This document shows positions 7,748 to 17,005 of a stretch of DNA of 52,793 bases, in pieces. The position numbers were made by a program, and so were the translations under genes. Under the pieces are notes generated by a model. The model saw only the letters and a list, made by a program, of their open reading frames with translations, was not told where the DNA came from and did no database searches. The stretch is taken from NCBI GenBank assembly GCA_001784475.1, contig MFRE01000009.1, positions 36,585 to 89,377 of the forward strand, written 5' to 3'. Positions within the stretch are counted from its first letter, which is position 1. Each line of letters starts with the position of its first letter. Source of the stretch: Candidatus Magasanikbacteria bacterium RIFOXYD2_FULL_41_14 (GTDB lineage Bacteria; Patescibacteriota; Patescibacteriia; Magasanikbacterales; GWA2-37-8).

Positions 7748-9349
7748 ATGATACGAGAAAAGAACATTCCTATTAAGAAAAAGCGTGGAAGAGTAAGTAA
7801 AATCGATCGTTCGCCAGTCGCTTTGATTATTTTAGATGGTTTTGGTTTAGGTAAAGTTGATGATCCTGGCAATGCCATTACTCCCACAACTGCTCCCAAC
7901 ATTTTTTCTTATTTTAAAAAATACGCTCATTCCACTTTAAAAACTTACGGGCAATATGCCGGTTTATTTATCGGGCAAGTAGGTAATTCCGAGGCTGGGC
8001 ATTTAAATATTGGCGCCGGCCGGATTGTTAAACAAGATTTAGTGATAATTTCCGAAGCGATTCATAACGGTACTTTTTTTAAGAACACTGCTTTTAAAGA
8101 TGCTTTGTTTCACACCAAAAAACATAATTCTGCCGTTCATTTAATGGGGCTTTTGACAGATGGTAATAGCGCGCACGCTTATCCAGAACATTTATACGCG
8201 CTGTTGGAGCTGTGTCGCGATTTTGGACAAAAAAAAGTTTATTTGCATTTGTTTACCGATGGTCGTGATTCTTCACCACATAGTGCTTTGCAGTTTTTGC
8301 GCGTTTTGCGCACACATATGTTGGAAAACGAAAAAGTGGCTACGATTATGGGGCGGTTTTACGGCATGGATCGAAATAAAATTTGGAGTCGTACCAAAAT
8401 GGCGTATGAGGCCATTACCGCTGGTAAGGGGAATTTTGCCAAGTCGGCCGAAGAGGCATTAAGTCAGGCGTATAACCGTGGTGAAACCGATGAATATGTA
8501 ATGCCAACTATTATTACAAAATCTGGCAAACCCATTGCCACCATTCAAGACAATGACGCGGTTATTTTTTTTAACGCGCGTAGCGATCGCGCCCGCGAAA
8601 TAACCAAATCATTAGTTCAAGAAGATTTTACTCAAAAAAATCCTGGTTCATTTAATCGTCGCCATAACCCCAAGAATCTTCGGTTTGTGGCTTTAACTGA
8701 TTTTGGGCCGGATTTACCGGGCGTATTAACGGCTTTCCCTAGTTCTGATATTAAGAATTGTTTGCCGCTCGCGGTGGGCGAAAAATATCGGCAATTATAT
8801 ATTTCCGAAACTGAAAAATTTGCCCATGTTACCTATTTTATTAATGGCGGTTTTGCCGATCCTTTAGATGGCGAAGAAAGAGAACTAGTTAAATCGGAAC
8901 CAGTGCGTTCGTATGCTGATAAACCGGAAATGAGTTGTCGCCTTATTAGCCGTAAAATTTGTAATTATTTAAAAAAAGATAAATATAATTTTATTGTGGT
9001 TAATTTTCCCAATGCCGATATGGTGGGGCATACTGGAAACTTGGACGCCGCCAAAAAAGCAGTAAAAATAATGGATACTGAAGTGGGTAGAGTAGTGGAA
9101 ATGATTTTGAAAAAAAATGGGGTGGCTTTGATTACCGCCGACCATGGCAACGCTGATGTTATGATCAACTTTGATACCAAAGAAATGATGACGGAACACA
9201 CGGAAAATTCAGTGCCCTGTATTTTAATTTCTAAAAAGTGTATGTTGAAACGTTTAAAAAATGGTATTTTAGCTGATGTCGCACCGACACTATTAAAAAT
9301 TATGGGCATTAAAAAACCCAAAGAAATGACGGGAAAATCGTTGTGTTAA
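7748..9349 (+). CDS. gpmI: 2,3-BPG-independent phosphoglycerate mutase, copy 1
   Basis: ILDGFG, GNSEAGH, DGRD, ETEKFAHVTYF, NADMVGHTG, TADHGN and EHT motifs. Confidence 0.96.
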   Translation: MIREKNIPIKKKRGRVSKIDRSPVALIILDGFGLGKVDDPGNAITPTTAPNIFSYFKKYAHSTLKTYGQYAGLFIGQVGNSEAGHLNIGAGRIVKQDLVIISEAIHNGTFFKNTAFKDALFHTKKHNSAVHLMGLLTDGNSAHAYPEHLYALLELCRDFGQKKVYLHLFTDGRDSSPHSALQFLRVLRTHMLENEKVATIMGRFYGMDRNKIWSRTKMAYEAITAGKGNFAKSAEEALSQAYNRGETDEYVMPTIITKSGKPIATIQDNDAVIFFNARSDRAREITKSLVQEDFTQKNPGSFNRRHNPKNLRFVALTDFGPDLPGVLTAFPSSDIKNCLPLAVGEKYRQLYISETEKFAHVTYFINGGFADPLDGEERELVKSEPVRSYADKPEMSCRLISRKICNYLKKDKYNFIVVNFPNADMVGHTGNLDAAKKAVKIMDTEVGRVVEMILKKNGVALITADHGNADVMINFDTKEMMTEHTENSVPCILISKKCMLKRLKNGILADVAPTLLKIMGIKKPKEMTGKSLC

Positions 9350-9429
9350 TATATATTTTTTAATTCTTAGTCGCAAAATAGCGGGTGAAAATGAAATAGA
9401 AATTTAAAATTTAAAATCTGCAATTTAGT

Positions 9430-11022
9430 ATGTCTTATAAACCGGTAGTGTTAACAATTTTTGATGGTTTGGGTGTGGCGCCGCCAGGTGAAGGCAACGC
9501 CGTGACGCTGGCTGTTATGAAAAACTTTAACAAATTTATCAAAGAGTATCCAGTGATGACTTTATTTGCCGCTGGCAATGAAGTCGGTCTTATGTTTGGT
9601 GAAATGGGCAACTCTGAAGTTGGCCATTTGAATATTGGCGCTGGCCGAGTGTATTATCAATCATGCCCGCGTATTAATCAAACCATCAGTGATGGTTCTT
9701 TTTTTACCAATCCGGCGCTTTTGAAAGCAATTATTCAAGCTAAAGAGAAAAAAACTAATTTGCATTTAATTGGTTTATTGTCGGCCGGCAATATTCACGC
9801 GAGTGAATCACATCTGTATGCTTTATTGGATTTATGTCGCCAGTACAAATTATCTTCCACTTTAAATAATCGAGTTTTTGTACATGTAATTCTGGACGGG
9901 CGCGATGCTCCCTATAACTCTGGAGCTGATTTTGTGCGGCGTTTGCAAGATAAGATGAATAGTTTGAAAGTCGGCAAGATTGCTTCTTTATCCGGTCGTT
10001 ATTATGCCATGGACCGTGACAATCGGTGGGATCGTGTAGAAAAGGCCTATCGCGCGATGGCTCTGGGGGAATCTGATCGCATTTCCGACGATCCAATTAA
10101 AGCAATTTTGGATTCGTATGAAAAAAAAGTTTTTGATGAAGAATTTATTCCGACTGTCATAACGAAGCGAGGCGCGCCAGTGGCCACTTTTAAAGAGGGG
10201 GATGCTGCCATTTTTTTTAACTTTCGGCCTGACCGAGCGCGCCAACTAACTAAGGCCTTTGTGCTTCCTGGTTTTGATAAATTTGAACGTCCTTATTTAC
10301 GCGATTTGTGTTTTGTAACCATGTCTGAATATGAAAAAGATTTACCTGTGTCCGGTGTTGCTTTCAATCCTTTGGTAGTAGTTAACAGTTTGGCCGAAAC
10401 TATTAGTAAGGCGGGTAAAAAACAATTTCATTTGGCCGAAACTGAAAAATATGCGCATGTTACTTATTTTTTAAATGGGGCAGTTGAGGACGCGTTCCCC
10501 GGGGAGGACCGATCACTTATCCCTTCTCCCCAAGTATCCAGTTATAACGAAGCGCCCGAGATGTCGGCGGCCTTAGTGGCTAAGGAGGCGGCGAAAGCTA
10601 TAGATAGTGGCAAATATGATTTTGTAGTGGTGAATTTGGCCAATCCTGATATGGTGGGGCATACTGGTGATTTAGCCGCGACTGTGAGGGGTTGCGAAGC
10701 GGCTGATAAGGCATTTGGCAATATTGTCGATCATACCTTAGCCGTGGGAGGCGTAGTAGTAATGACAGCCGATCATGGTAATTCCGAGGAAGTAATAAAT
10801 TTTCAAACTGGCGATATTGATAAAGAGCATACCACTAATCCGGTACCTTTACTTATTATTGGCAAGGATTTTCAAGGCCAAGCTGGGCCGGCTGGTGATC
10901 CGCCAGAAGGAGATTTGTCTTTAATGCATCCGGTAGGAGTTTTGGCTGATATCGCGCCAACAGTTTTAAAATTAATGGGCGTGGAGAAGCCGGGGGAGAT
11001 GACGGGAACGTCACTTATTTAA
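9430..11022 (+). CDS. gpmI: 2,3-BPG-independent phosphoglycerate mutase, copy 2
   Basis: GNSEVGH, DGRD, GRYYAMDRD, ETEKYAHVTYF, NPDMVGHTG and TADHGN motifs. Confidence 0.96.
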   Translation: MSYKPVVLTIFDGLGVAPPGEGNAVTLAVMKNFNKFIKEYPVMTLFAAGNEVGLMFGEMGNSEVGHLNIGAGRVYYQSCPRINQTISDGSFFTNPALLKAIIQAKEKKTNLHLIGLLSAGNIHASESHLYALLDLCRQYKLSSTLNNRVFVHVILDGRDAPYNSGADFVRRLQDKMNSLKVGKIASLSGRYYAMDRDNRWDRVEKAYRAMALGESDRISDDPIKAILDSYEKKVFDEEFIPTVITKRGAPVATFKEGDAAIFFNFRPDRARQLTKAFVLPGFDKFERPYLRDLCFVTMSEYEKDLPVSGVAFNPLVVVNSLAETISKAGKKQFHLAETEKYAHVTYFLNGAVEDAFPGEDRSLIPSPQVSSYNEAPEMSAALVAKEAAKAIDSGKYDFVVVNLANPDMVGHTGDLAATVRGCEAADKAFGNIVDHTLAVGGVVVMTADHGNSEEVINFQTGDIDKEHTTNPVPLLIIGKDFQGQAGPAGDPPEGDLSLMHPVGVLADIAPTVLKLMGVEKPGEMTGTSLI

Positions 11023-11023
11023 T

Positions 11024-11140
11024 TGTCATTGCGACCCGCCTTGGGCGGGGAAGCAATCTCTCGTTGCCTGCCCCGTAGTGAACGAAAGGCGTTCTACTAC
11101 TGGGGTCATTGCGACCGAGTCGTAACGAGGTAAAGAAATC
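11024..11140. repeat. Cluster of REP-like palindromic elements
   Basis: TGTCATTGCGAC...GAAGCAATCTC (11024-11060), hairpin CCCCGTAGTGAACG...CGTTCTACTACTGGGG (11071-11105) and GTCATTGCGACC...AAATCC (11105-11140). Confidence 0.7.
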
Positions 11141-11198
11141 CTTTTACGAATGTCAAATTTCCAATGTCAAACAAAATTCAAATTTCAAGATAATTGAT

Positions 11199-11591
11199 AT
11201 GCTAACTAAAAAAGAAAAACAATTAATTATAAAAGCTAAGTCTCTTGTGGACCCAAAAATAATTAGAGGTAGTGGCGCACTTAAAGAAGTTGGTTGTGTA
11301 TTGATTACAGGAAAAGGGCGTTTATTTACGGGTGTTAGCATGGATTTGGCTTGTGGTATTGGTTTTTGCGCAGAACATACCGCAATATCGCAAATGATCA
11401 CTCAGACAAATGAAACGCATGTCAAAATTATTGTTGCGGCGAATAACAGAGGCGCCCTTCCACCGTGTGGACGGTGTCGGGAACTTATGAATATTTTGGA
11501 TGCAAAAAATATCAACACCGAAGTAATTATTACTATTGATAAAAAGGTTACATTGAAAGAACTTTTGCCTTTGGCATGGCAGCCGAAGTAA
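11199..11591 (+). CDS. cdd: Cytidine deaminase family protein
   Basis: CAEH and PCGRCRE zinc motifs. ATG 11199 preferred because the upstream extension runs through repeats. Confidence 0.88.
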   Translation: MLTKKEKQLIIKAKSLVDPKIIRGSGALKEVGCVLITGKGRLFTGVSMDLACGIGFCAEHTAISQMITQTNETHVKIIVAANNRGALPPCGRCRELMNILDAKNINTEVIITIDKKVTLKELLPLAWQPK

Positions 11592-11612
11592 AGATTTCTT
11601 TTCTTAAATAAA

Positions 11613-11640
11613 AAAAATCCAAATTAACGTTTGGATTTTT
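11613..11640. terminator. Probable bidirectional terminator
   Basis: AAAAATCCAAA-6nt-TTTGGATTTTT between convergent genes. Confidence 0.6.
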
Positions 11641-11662
11641 GAATTTAAAATTTTTGGTTTAT

Positions 11663-12805
11663 TTAGATTTTAGGATTTAGAGTTCTTAAATGTTCTTGAA
11701 TTTTTTCTTCTGCTTCTACTAAATTTAGTCCTGGTAGAGAAAAATGTGCTTGTTTTTTGTTGCCTTCGCTATGCATACTCGCGGTTAGTTGTTTGGCATC
11801 ATGTTTTTCATTGGCATGGAATACCGCCTGGATTATGCCGTCCCTCGGGTCTTCATAGATCAGAGCGGTCATTTCCGCTTCGGGAGCATTGCCAATTAAT
11901 TCTTCGGCCATTCCGACCAGATCCTCAACTTTAGCGCCAGCCCGTGCGAAATCGTCCCGAGTAATTGTAGTACAGGCTAACTTGATATCTGGATATAACT
12001 TTAAGCGGGTCAAAGCTCCACCCCATAATTTTAATGTGGATAAAGTTTTTGTTCGATATAAATTGGTAATAATTTTTTCTCGATCAGCACCTAAGGCCAC
12101 CAGCGTGCTGGCATTTTTTAGAGTTAGGGGCGAGACATGAGAAGATTTAAAACTGCGGGTGGTAGCGGTAATCCCCGTTAAAAGCGCGGTGGCAATGTCG
12201 GCAGTGATTTGGAATTCGTTAATTTGGTTTAAAAGTTTAAAAAGCGTTTCAGACACACCAGCGGAACTTAAGTCAATAAAGTTTATCTTACCGAAGCGCT
12301 CGTTGCCTGGGTGGGTGTCTAAATTTACCAGTGGCACTCGATAAAATAGATCAGTATTATTGGCAAATACTTCGCCTAAACCAGCCAAATCCTGCGCGCC
12401 CAAGGTAATAATGAGATCATAGCGATAAGTGGATTGAGCGGTGCGCAAATCAGAAGCGGTCACTGTGCCTGATCGTGGTGTTAAATAAATTGATAAACTG
12501 CCGTCTTTAATATCGTAACTTAAGGTATCAATTTTCGTTTTTGAAACATCCACCTTAATAATAAATTTTTGTAAATGTTCCAGTTCCGGTTTAATTTTTT
12601 CTGCGCCAGGTAAAAACACCAAATTTTTTAAAAGAATAAAATTAGCCGACACGATGTCGGCCTGTTTATGATTTGCGAGTAAAAACATTTGTAGGGCGAG
12701 TGCGCTTGCCGTCCAGTCAATTTCTGCTTGAGTAGGCAAAGCGATCAAAATGTGTTTGCTGTCCGCAATTATATTTTTAAATTGTTCAATTTCAGTTAAA
12801 GCCAT
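11663..12805 (-). CDS. DHH-family (NrnA-like) phosphoesterase homolog with degenerate motifs
   Basis: 'VNLDTHPGNERFGKIN' and 'IATALLTGI...T.SFK' match the DHH fold; ATG 12805 chosen as start. Confidence 0.78.
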   Translation of the reverse strand: MALTEIEQFKNIIADSKHILIALPTQAEIDWTASALALQMFLLANHKQADIVSANFILLKNLVFLPGAEKIKPELEHLQKFIIKVDVSKTKIDTLSYDIKDGSLSIYLTPRSGTVTASDLRTAQSTYRYDLIITLGAQDLAGLGEVFANNTDLFYRVPLVNLDTHPGNERFGKINFIDLSSAGVSETLFKLLNQINEFQITADIATALLTGITATTRSFKSSHVSPLTLKNASTLVALGADREKIITNLYRTKTLSTLKLWGGALTRLKLYPDIKLACTTITRDDFARAGAKVEDLVGMAEELIGNAPEAEMTALIYEDPRDGIIQAVFHANEKHDAKQLTASMHSEGNKKQAHFSLPGLNLVEAEEKIQEHLRTLNPKI

Positions 12806-12992
12806 ATCGATGAAAATGTCAAAATCCAAATTTCTAATTTCAAATTGTGTGATTGCGACGCTAAAATCTTTTTTGTTAGAAAGCAGACCTGAGAATCCAA
12901 TATGCAAAATAACACGCTATTCTATCAATTATGCGCGTTTTTGTCAATAGAGGTCATTAATTTAACGATTTGGTTCTAAATATGCCATTTTC

Positions 12993-13021
12993 TTGCCTTT
13001 TTTAAGGGCTTAGTGTAAAAT
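12993..13021 (+). promoter_or_regulatory. Putative sigma70 promoter for valS
   Basis: TTGCCT, 17 bp spacer, TAAAAT. Confidence 0.5.
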
Positions 13022-13033
13022 ATATATTGCATT

Positions 13034-15835
13034 ATGCCTATGTCCAAAGAGTTACCCAAGGCCTACGAGCCCCAAAATTACGAGGACGTGATTTATAAAC
13101 GCTGGGAAGACAGTGGGTTTTTTAATCCAGATGTTTGTGTTGAGAAAGATGTCACTGATGTAAACGCCAAGCCGTTTACTATTGTTTTGCCACCGCCTAA
13201 TGTTACCGGCACACTTCATATTGGCCATGCCATGATGCTCGCGATTGAGGATTTAATGACGCGTTATCACCGCATGAAAGGCGATAAGACATTGTGGTTG
13301 CCGGGCACTGACCATGCCGCTATCGCCACCCAAACTAAAGTGGAAAAATTATTAATTGAAAAAGGAATCAAAGACCCGAAAAAAGAATTAGGCCGAGAAA
13401 AATTTTTGGATGAGGTGAATAAATTCGCGCAGGCGTCGCATGATACAATTGTTAATCAATGCAAAAAAATGGGAAGCAGTTTGGATTGGAGTCGGGAGGC
13501 GTTTACTTTGGATGAACCGCGTAATTTAGCAGTGCGCACGGTTTTTAAAAAAATGTATGATGATGGTTTGATTTATCGCGGTTATCGCATTGTTAATTGG
13601 TGTCCGCGTTGTCATTCAACTTTGGCGGACGATGAGGTGGAACATAAAGATCAAATTGCAAAATTATACACTTTTAAATATTCAAAAGATTTTCCGATTG
13701 CGATTGCGACTACACGACCAGAAACAAAATTGGGTGATACCGCAGTGGCTGTTAATTCGACAGATAAACGGTACGCCAAGTATATTGGTCAGGAATTTGT
13801 AATTAAAAATTTTGCTAATGGCACGGATTTAAAAATTAAAATAATTGGCGATGAAAATGTTGATGTGAATTTCGGCACGGGTGCGGTTGGTGTAACACCG
13901 GCGCATAGTTTTGCTGATTATGAAATGTATTTGAAAAATAATTTAGAGTTAATTTCGGTAATCGATGAAGACGGAAAGATGACCGCTTCGGCTGGCAAAA
14001 ATTATCAAGGATTACCGGTTAAAGAAGCGCGTACGAAAGTGGTGGAACATTTGGTCGCGAATGGATTGTTAGAAAAAGAAGAGGATGTGTCGAATAGTTT
14101 ATCGATTTGTTATCGCTGTGGCTACGCGATTGAACCAATTCCATCCAAACAATGGTTTATTGATGTAAATAAAAAATTCGCGCTAGGCGATTCAAAATTA
14201 AATGGAATAAAGACCGGTCAGCAAGTTTCATTAAAAGATTTGATGCGGCAAGTGGTTGATAGTGGACAAATTGAAATAATTCCTGAACGATTTAGTAAAA
14301 CGTATTCACATTGGATAAATAATTTACGCGATTGGTGTATTTCGCGTCAGATTTGGTATGGACATCAGATTCCGGTTTGGTATTGTTTGATGTGTATGGA
14401 TAAAAATAATGGCATAAAAGAAGTATTATTCCACGGTGAGAATTTTGACAGAACACTAGTTGTGGGCAAAAGAAACTCGGCAGATCCTATTGTGTCTGTT
14501 AATCAACCGGATGAATGTCCAACTTGCAATTGCGCGGATCGTGCTAAGCTCATCCAAGATCCAGATACATTGGATACCTGGTTTTCTTCTGGTTTGTGGA
14601 CGTTTTCTACTTTGGGCTGGCCAGAGAAAACAGTTGACTTACAAACTTTTCATCCAACTTCCGTGTTGGAAACCGGTTATGATATTTTATTTTTCTGGGT
14701 GGCACGCATGGTTCTTATGACCACATATGTTTTGGGTGATATTCCGTTTGAAAAAGTTTATATGCACGGACTTGTGCGTGATGAGCAAGGACGTAAGATG
14801 AGTAAATCGCTTGGTAATGTAATTGATCCATTGGATTCAATTGCCAAATATGGTGCCGATGCGACACGCCTGTCTTTGTTGCTTGGTAATACTCCCGGCA
14901 ATGATACTAGATTGTCCGAAGAAAAAATCGCCGGGTTTAGGAATTTTACAAATAAGTTGTGGAATATGGCGCGATTTATTATCGCGAATTCAAAAATTAA
15001 AAATCAAAATTCAAAATTACAATTAAAAATTCAAAATTTGACATTAGCTGACAAATGGATTTTGTCGCGTTTAGATGCTACCGTTAAAGATGTAAGCGAG
15101 AATATTGAAAATTTTCAATTTTCTGCGGCCGGTGAAAAATTGCGCGATTTTACTTGGAGTGAATTGGCTGATTGGTATTTAGAAATCGCGAAAATAGAGG
15201 GTGACAAAGAAGAGATTTTACAGTATATTTTGCAAACATTACTTAAATTGTGGCATCCATTTATGCCGTTTGTTACTGAACAAATTTGGAGTGAGATGTT
15301 CGGCATCGATAGAATGTTAATGGTAGAATCGTGGCCACACCTTGTCATTCCGACCGTAGTGGAGGAATCCCTTAACGATTTTAATACCATACAACTTATC
15401 ATCACCACCATCCGTTCCGCTCGCGCCGACAACAAAATCGAACCAAACAAAAAAATTGACGCAACAATCAGTGCTGGAGCCAAAGAAAAATTATTAATCG
15501 AAAATAGCGCCATTATCACCGGCCTCGCGCGTTTAGAAAAATTAACAATTGAGAAAAAAGCTGTCAAACCCGAAAACGCCGTGGCGCTCGTGTGCGGTGA
15601 TATGGAAATTTATTTGGATTTATCCGGTGCTGTCGACATAGAAAAAGAAAAAGTGCGTTTAACTAAAGAAGTTGAAGCAACCGAAAAATTCGTCACAATA
15701 ATGAATAATAAATTGGCGAACGCAGAATTTGTAAATAACGCGCCACCAGCAGTGGTTGAAAAAGAAAAACAAAAATTGTCAGATGCACAAACAAAATTAG
15801 AAAAATTACAAACCCAACTAAATAATTTAAAATAA
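13034..15835 (+). CDS. valS: Valine--tRNA ligase
   Basis: PPPNVTG.LHIGH, DWCISRQ, DTWFSSG, KMSKS and a C-terminal coiled coil. Start may be 13040. Confidence 0.98.
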   Translation: MPMSKELPKAYEPQNYEDVIYKRWEDSGFFNPDVCVEKDVTDVNAKPFTIVLPPPNVTGTLHIGHAMMLAIEDLMTRYHRMKGDKTLWLPGTDHAAIATQTKVEKLLIEKGIKDPKKELGREKFLDEVNKFAQASHDTIVNQCKKMGSSLDWSREAFTLDEPRNLAVRTVFKKMYDDGLIYRGYRIVNWCPRCHSTLADDEVEHKDQIAKLYTFKYSKDFPIAIATTRPETKLGDTAVAVNSTDKRYAKYIGQEFVIKNFANGTDLKIKIIGDENVDVNFGTGAVGVTPAHSFADYEMYLKNNLELISVIDEDGKMTASAGKNYQGLPVKEARTKVVEHLVANGLLEKEEDVSNSLSICYRCGYAIEPIPSKQWFIDVNKKFALGDSKLNGIKTGQQVSLKDLMRQVVDSGQIEIIPERFSKTYSHWINNLRDWCISRQIWYGHQIPVWYCLMCMDKNNGIKEVLFHGENFDRTLVVGKRNSADPIVSVNQPDECPTCNCADRAKLIQDPDTLDTWFSSGLWTFSTLGWPEKTVDLQTFHPTSVLETGYDILFFWVARMVLMTTYVLGDIPFEKVYMHGLVRDEQGRKMSKSLGNVIDPLDSIAKYGADATRLSLLLGNTPGNDTRLSEEKIAGFRNFTNKLWNMARFIIANSKIKNQNSKLQLKIQNLTLADKWILSRLDATVKDVSENIENFQFSAAGEKLRDFTWSELADWYLEIAKIEGDKEEILQYILQTLLKLWHPFMPFVTEQIWSEMFGIDRMLMVESWPHLVIPTVVEESLNDFNTIQLIITTIRSARADNKIEPNKKIDATISAGAKEKLLIENSAIITGLARLEKLTIEKKAVKPENAVALVCGDMEIYLDLSGAVDIEKEKVRLTKEVEATEKFVTIMNNKLANAEFVNNAPPAVVEKEKQKLSDAQTKLEKLQTQLNNLK

Positions 15836-15839
15836 TTTT

Positions 15840-16994
15840 ATGAGTGATAGTATTCGTCCAGGAAATGGAGAGATGGCGTCGGCTGAACAGTCAAAAATTG
15901 ATTTTGAAGTTGTGTCTAGTTTGTCTGAAAAATTGCGACATATCCACGATGATGTTTTTGAAGAATTAATCAATTTTCAAAAAACTGGAAATTTTGATAG
16001 TAACTGGGATGACGTGTCAAAAAATATAAACGCGGCAGTTGACACCGTGAGGGAAGTAAGTAAGTTGGTAGAAAGCGTTCCGCGTTTAAAGGCATTCGCA
16101 GGGCATGATTTAGATACGACTCAGCGTGGGATGTGGGGAGGGCTGGATGTAATTCAGAGCGAAATGAGTGGTCGCTCGCTTAAATCTGATGATCGAGGTT
16201 TGAAAATGTTTCTAGAAAAATGGCCACGTTATTATGTTGCCCAAAGTGATATTTTGTTGCGTAGTATCACACCGGGAGAGTTGAGAGATGTTCCAAAGGA
16301 AGATTTTGATCCGGAATTATTAGAAATGGTATTGCGATATTTTAAAAACGAAGAACTGCCGCATATTGTTAGATTTAGAGATAATGATAGAGAAGATGGT
16401 AGACCGTCAGAATTTACTAAAATTGAACAAAAAAAATTAAATATTGATTTTAAAGCTGAAGATTTACTTAAAGATTTAGATGGCAGAACTGCGAGGGGAT
16501 TAAATGGGCCAATTATCAATTTGGTTATTAATTCGTTGCGCAATGGTTTAAAAGACCAGCATGGTTTGGCTGAAGACGGAAGTGGGACGACGGAATTTGA
16601 GGCTATGGTTGAGGGTGATGAGTTGGTTTTGAGGGTGATGGATGATGGTAAGGGTATAGGACAGGAACATTTGGATCCTGGGGATATTGCGAAATTTATT
16701 TTAAGGGAAGGCGTGTCTTTACAGAGTAGTGGCGGGCAAGACAACAATCCTCCGAGCACCGGTTTGGGTTTGGCTGACGCGCACAACAGAATTAATGCTT
16801 TGGGTGGAGAATTAAGAATTTATTCCTACCGAGCCGGCCGTCAAGAATTCGCCGGGTATTCTTCATGTGATGGTATTTTGGATCATGCAACTGTCGGTAA
16901 TATGTTGTCAAAATTAAATGATAAGAGACGGCGCGCAGATGAGAAAAACGATGGTGTGCGCACGGTGTTTGAAATTCGTTTACCTTTACAATAA
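15840..16994 (+). CDS. Histidine-kinase-like ATPase (HATPase_c) domain protein
   Basis: N box NLVINSLRN, G1 DDGKGI, G2 STGLGLA and terminal TVFEIRLP; no TM segment. Confidence 0.75.
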   Translation: MSDSIRPGNGEMASAEQSKIDFEVVSSLSEKLRHIHDDVFEELINFQKTGNFDSNWDDVSKNINAAVDTVREVSKLVESVPRLKAFAGHDLDTTQRGMWGGLDVIQSEMSGRSLKSDDRGLKMFLEKWPRYYVAQSDILLRSITPGELRDVPKEDFDPELLEMVLRYFKNEELPHIVRFRDNDREDGRPSEFTKIEQKKLNIDFKAEDLLKDLDGRTARGLNGPIINLVINSLRNGLKDQHGLAEDGSGTTEFEAMVEGDELVLRVMDDGKGIGQEHLDPGDIAKFILREGVSLQSSGGQDNNPPSTGLGLADAHNRINALGGELRIYSYRAGRQEFAGYSSCDGILDHATVGNMLSKLNDKRRRADEKNDGVRTVFEIRLPLQ

Positions 16995-17005
16995 TTATTA
17001 AATTT

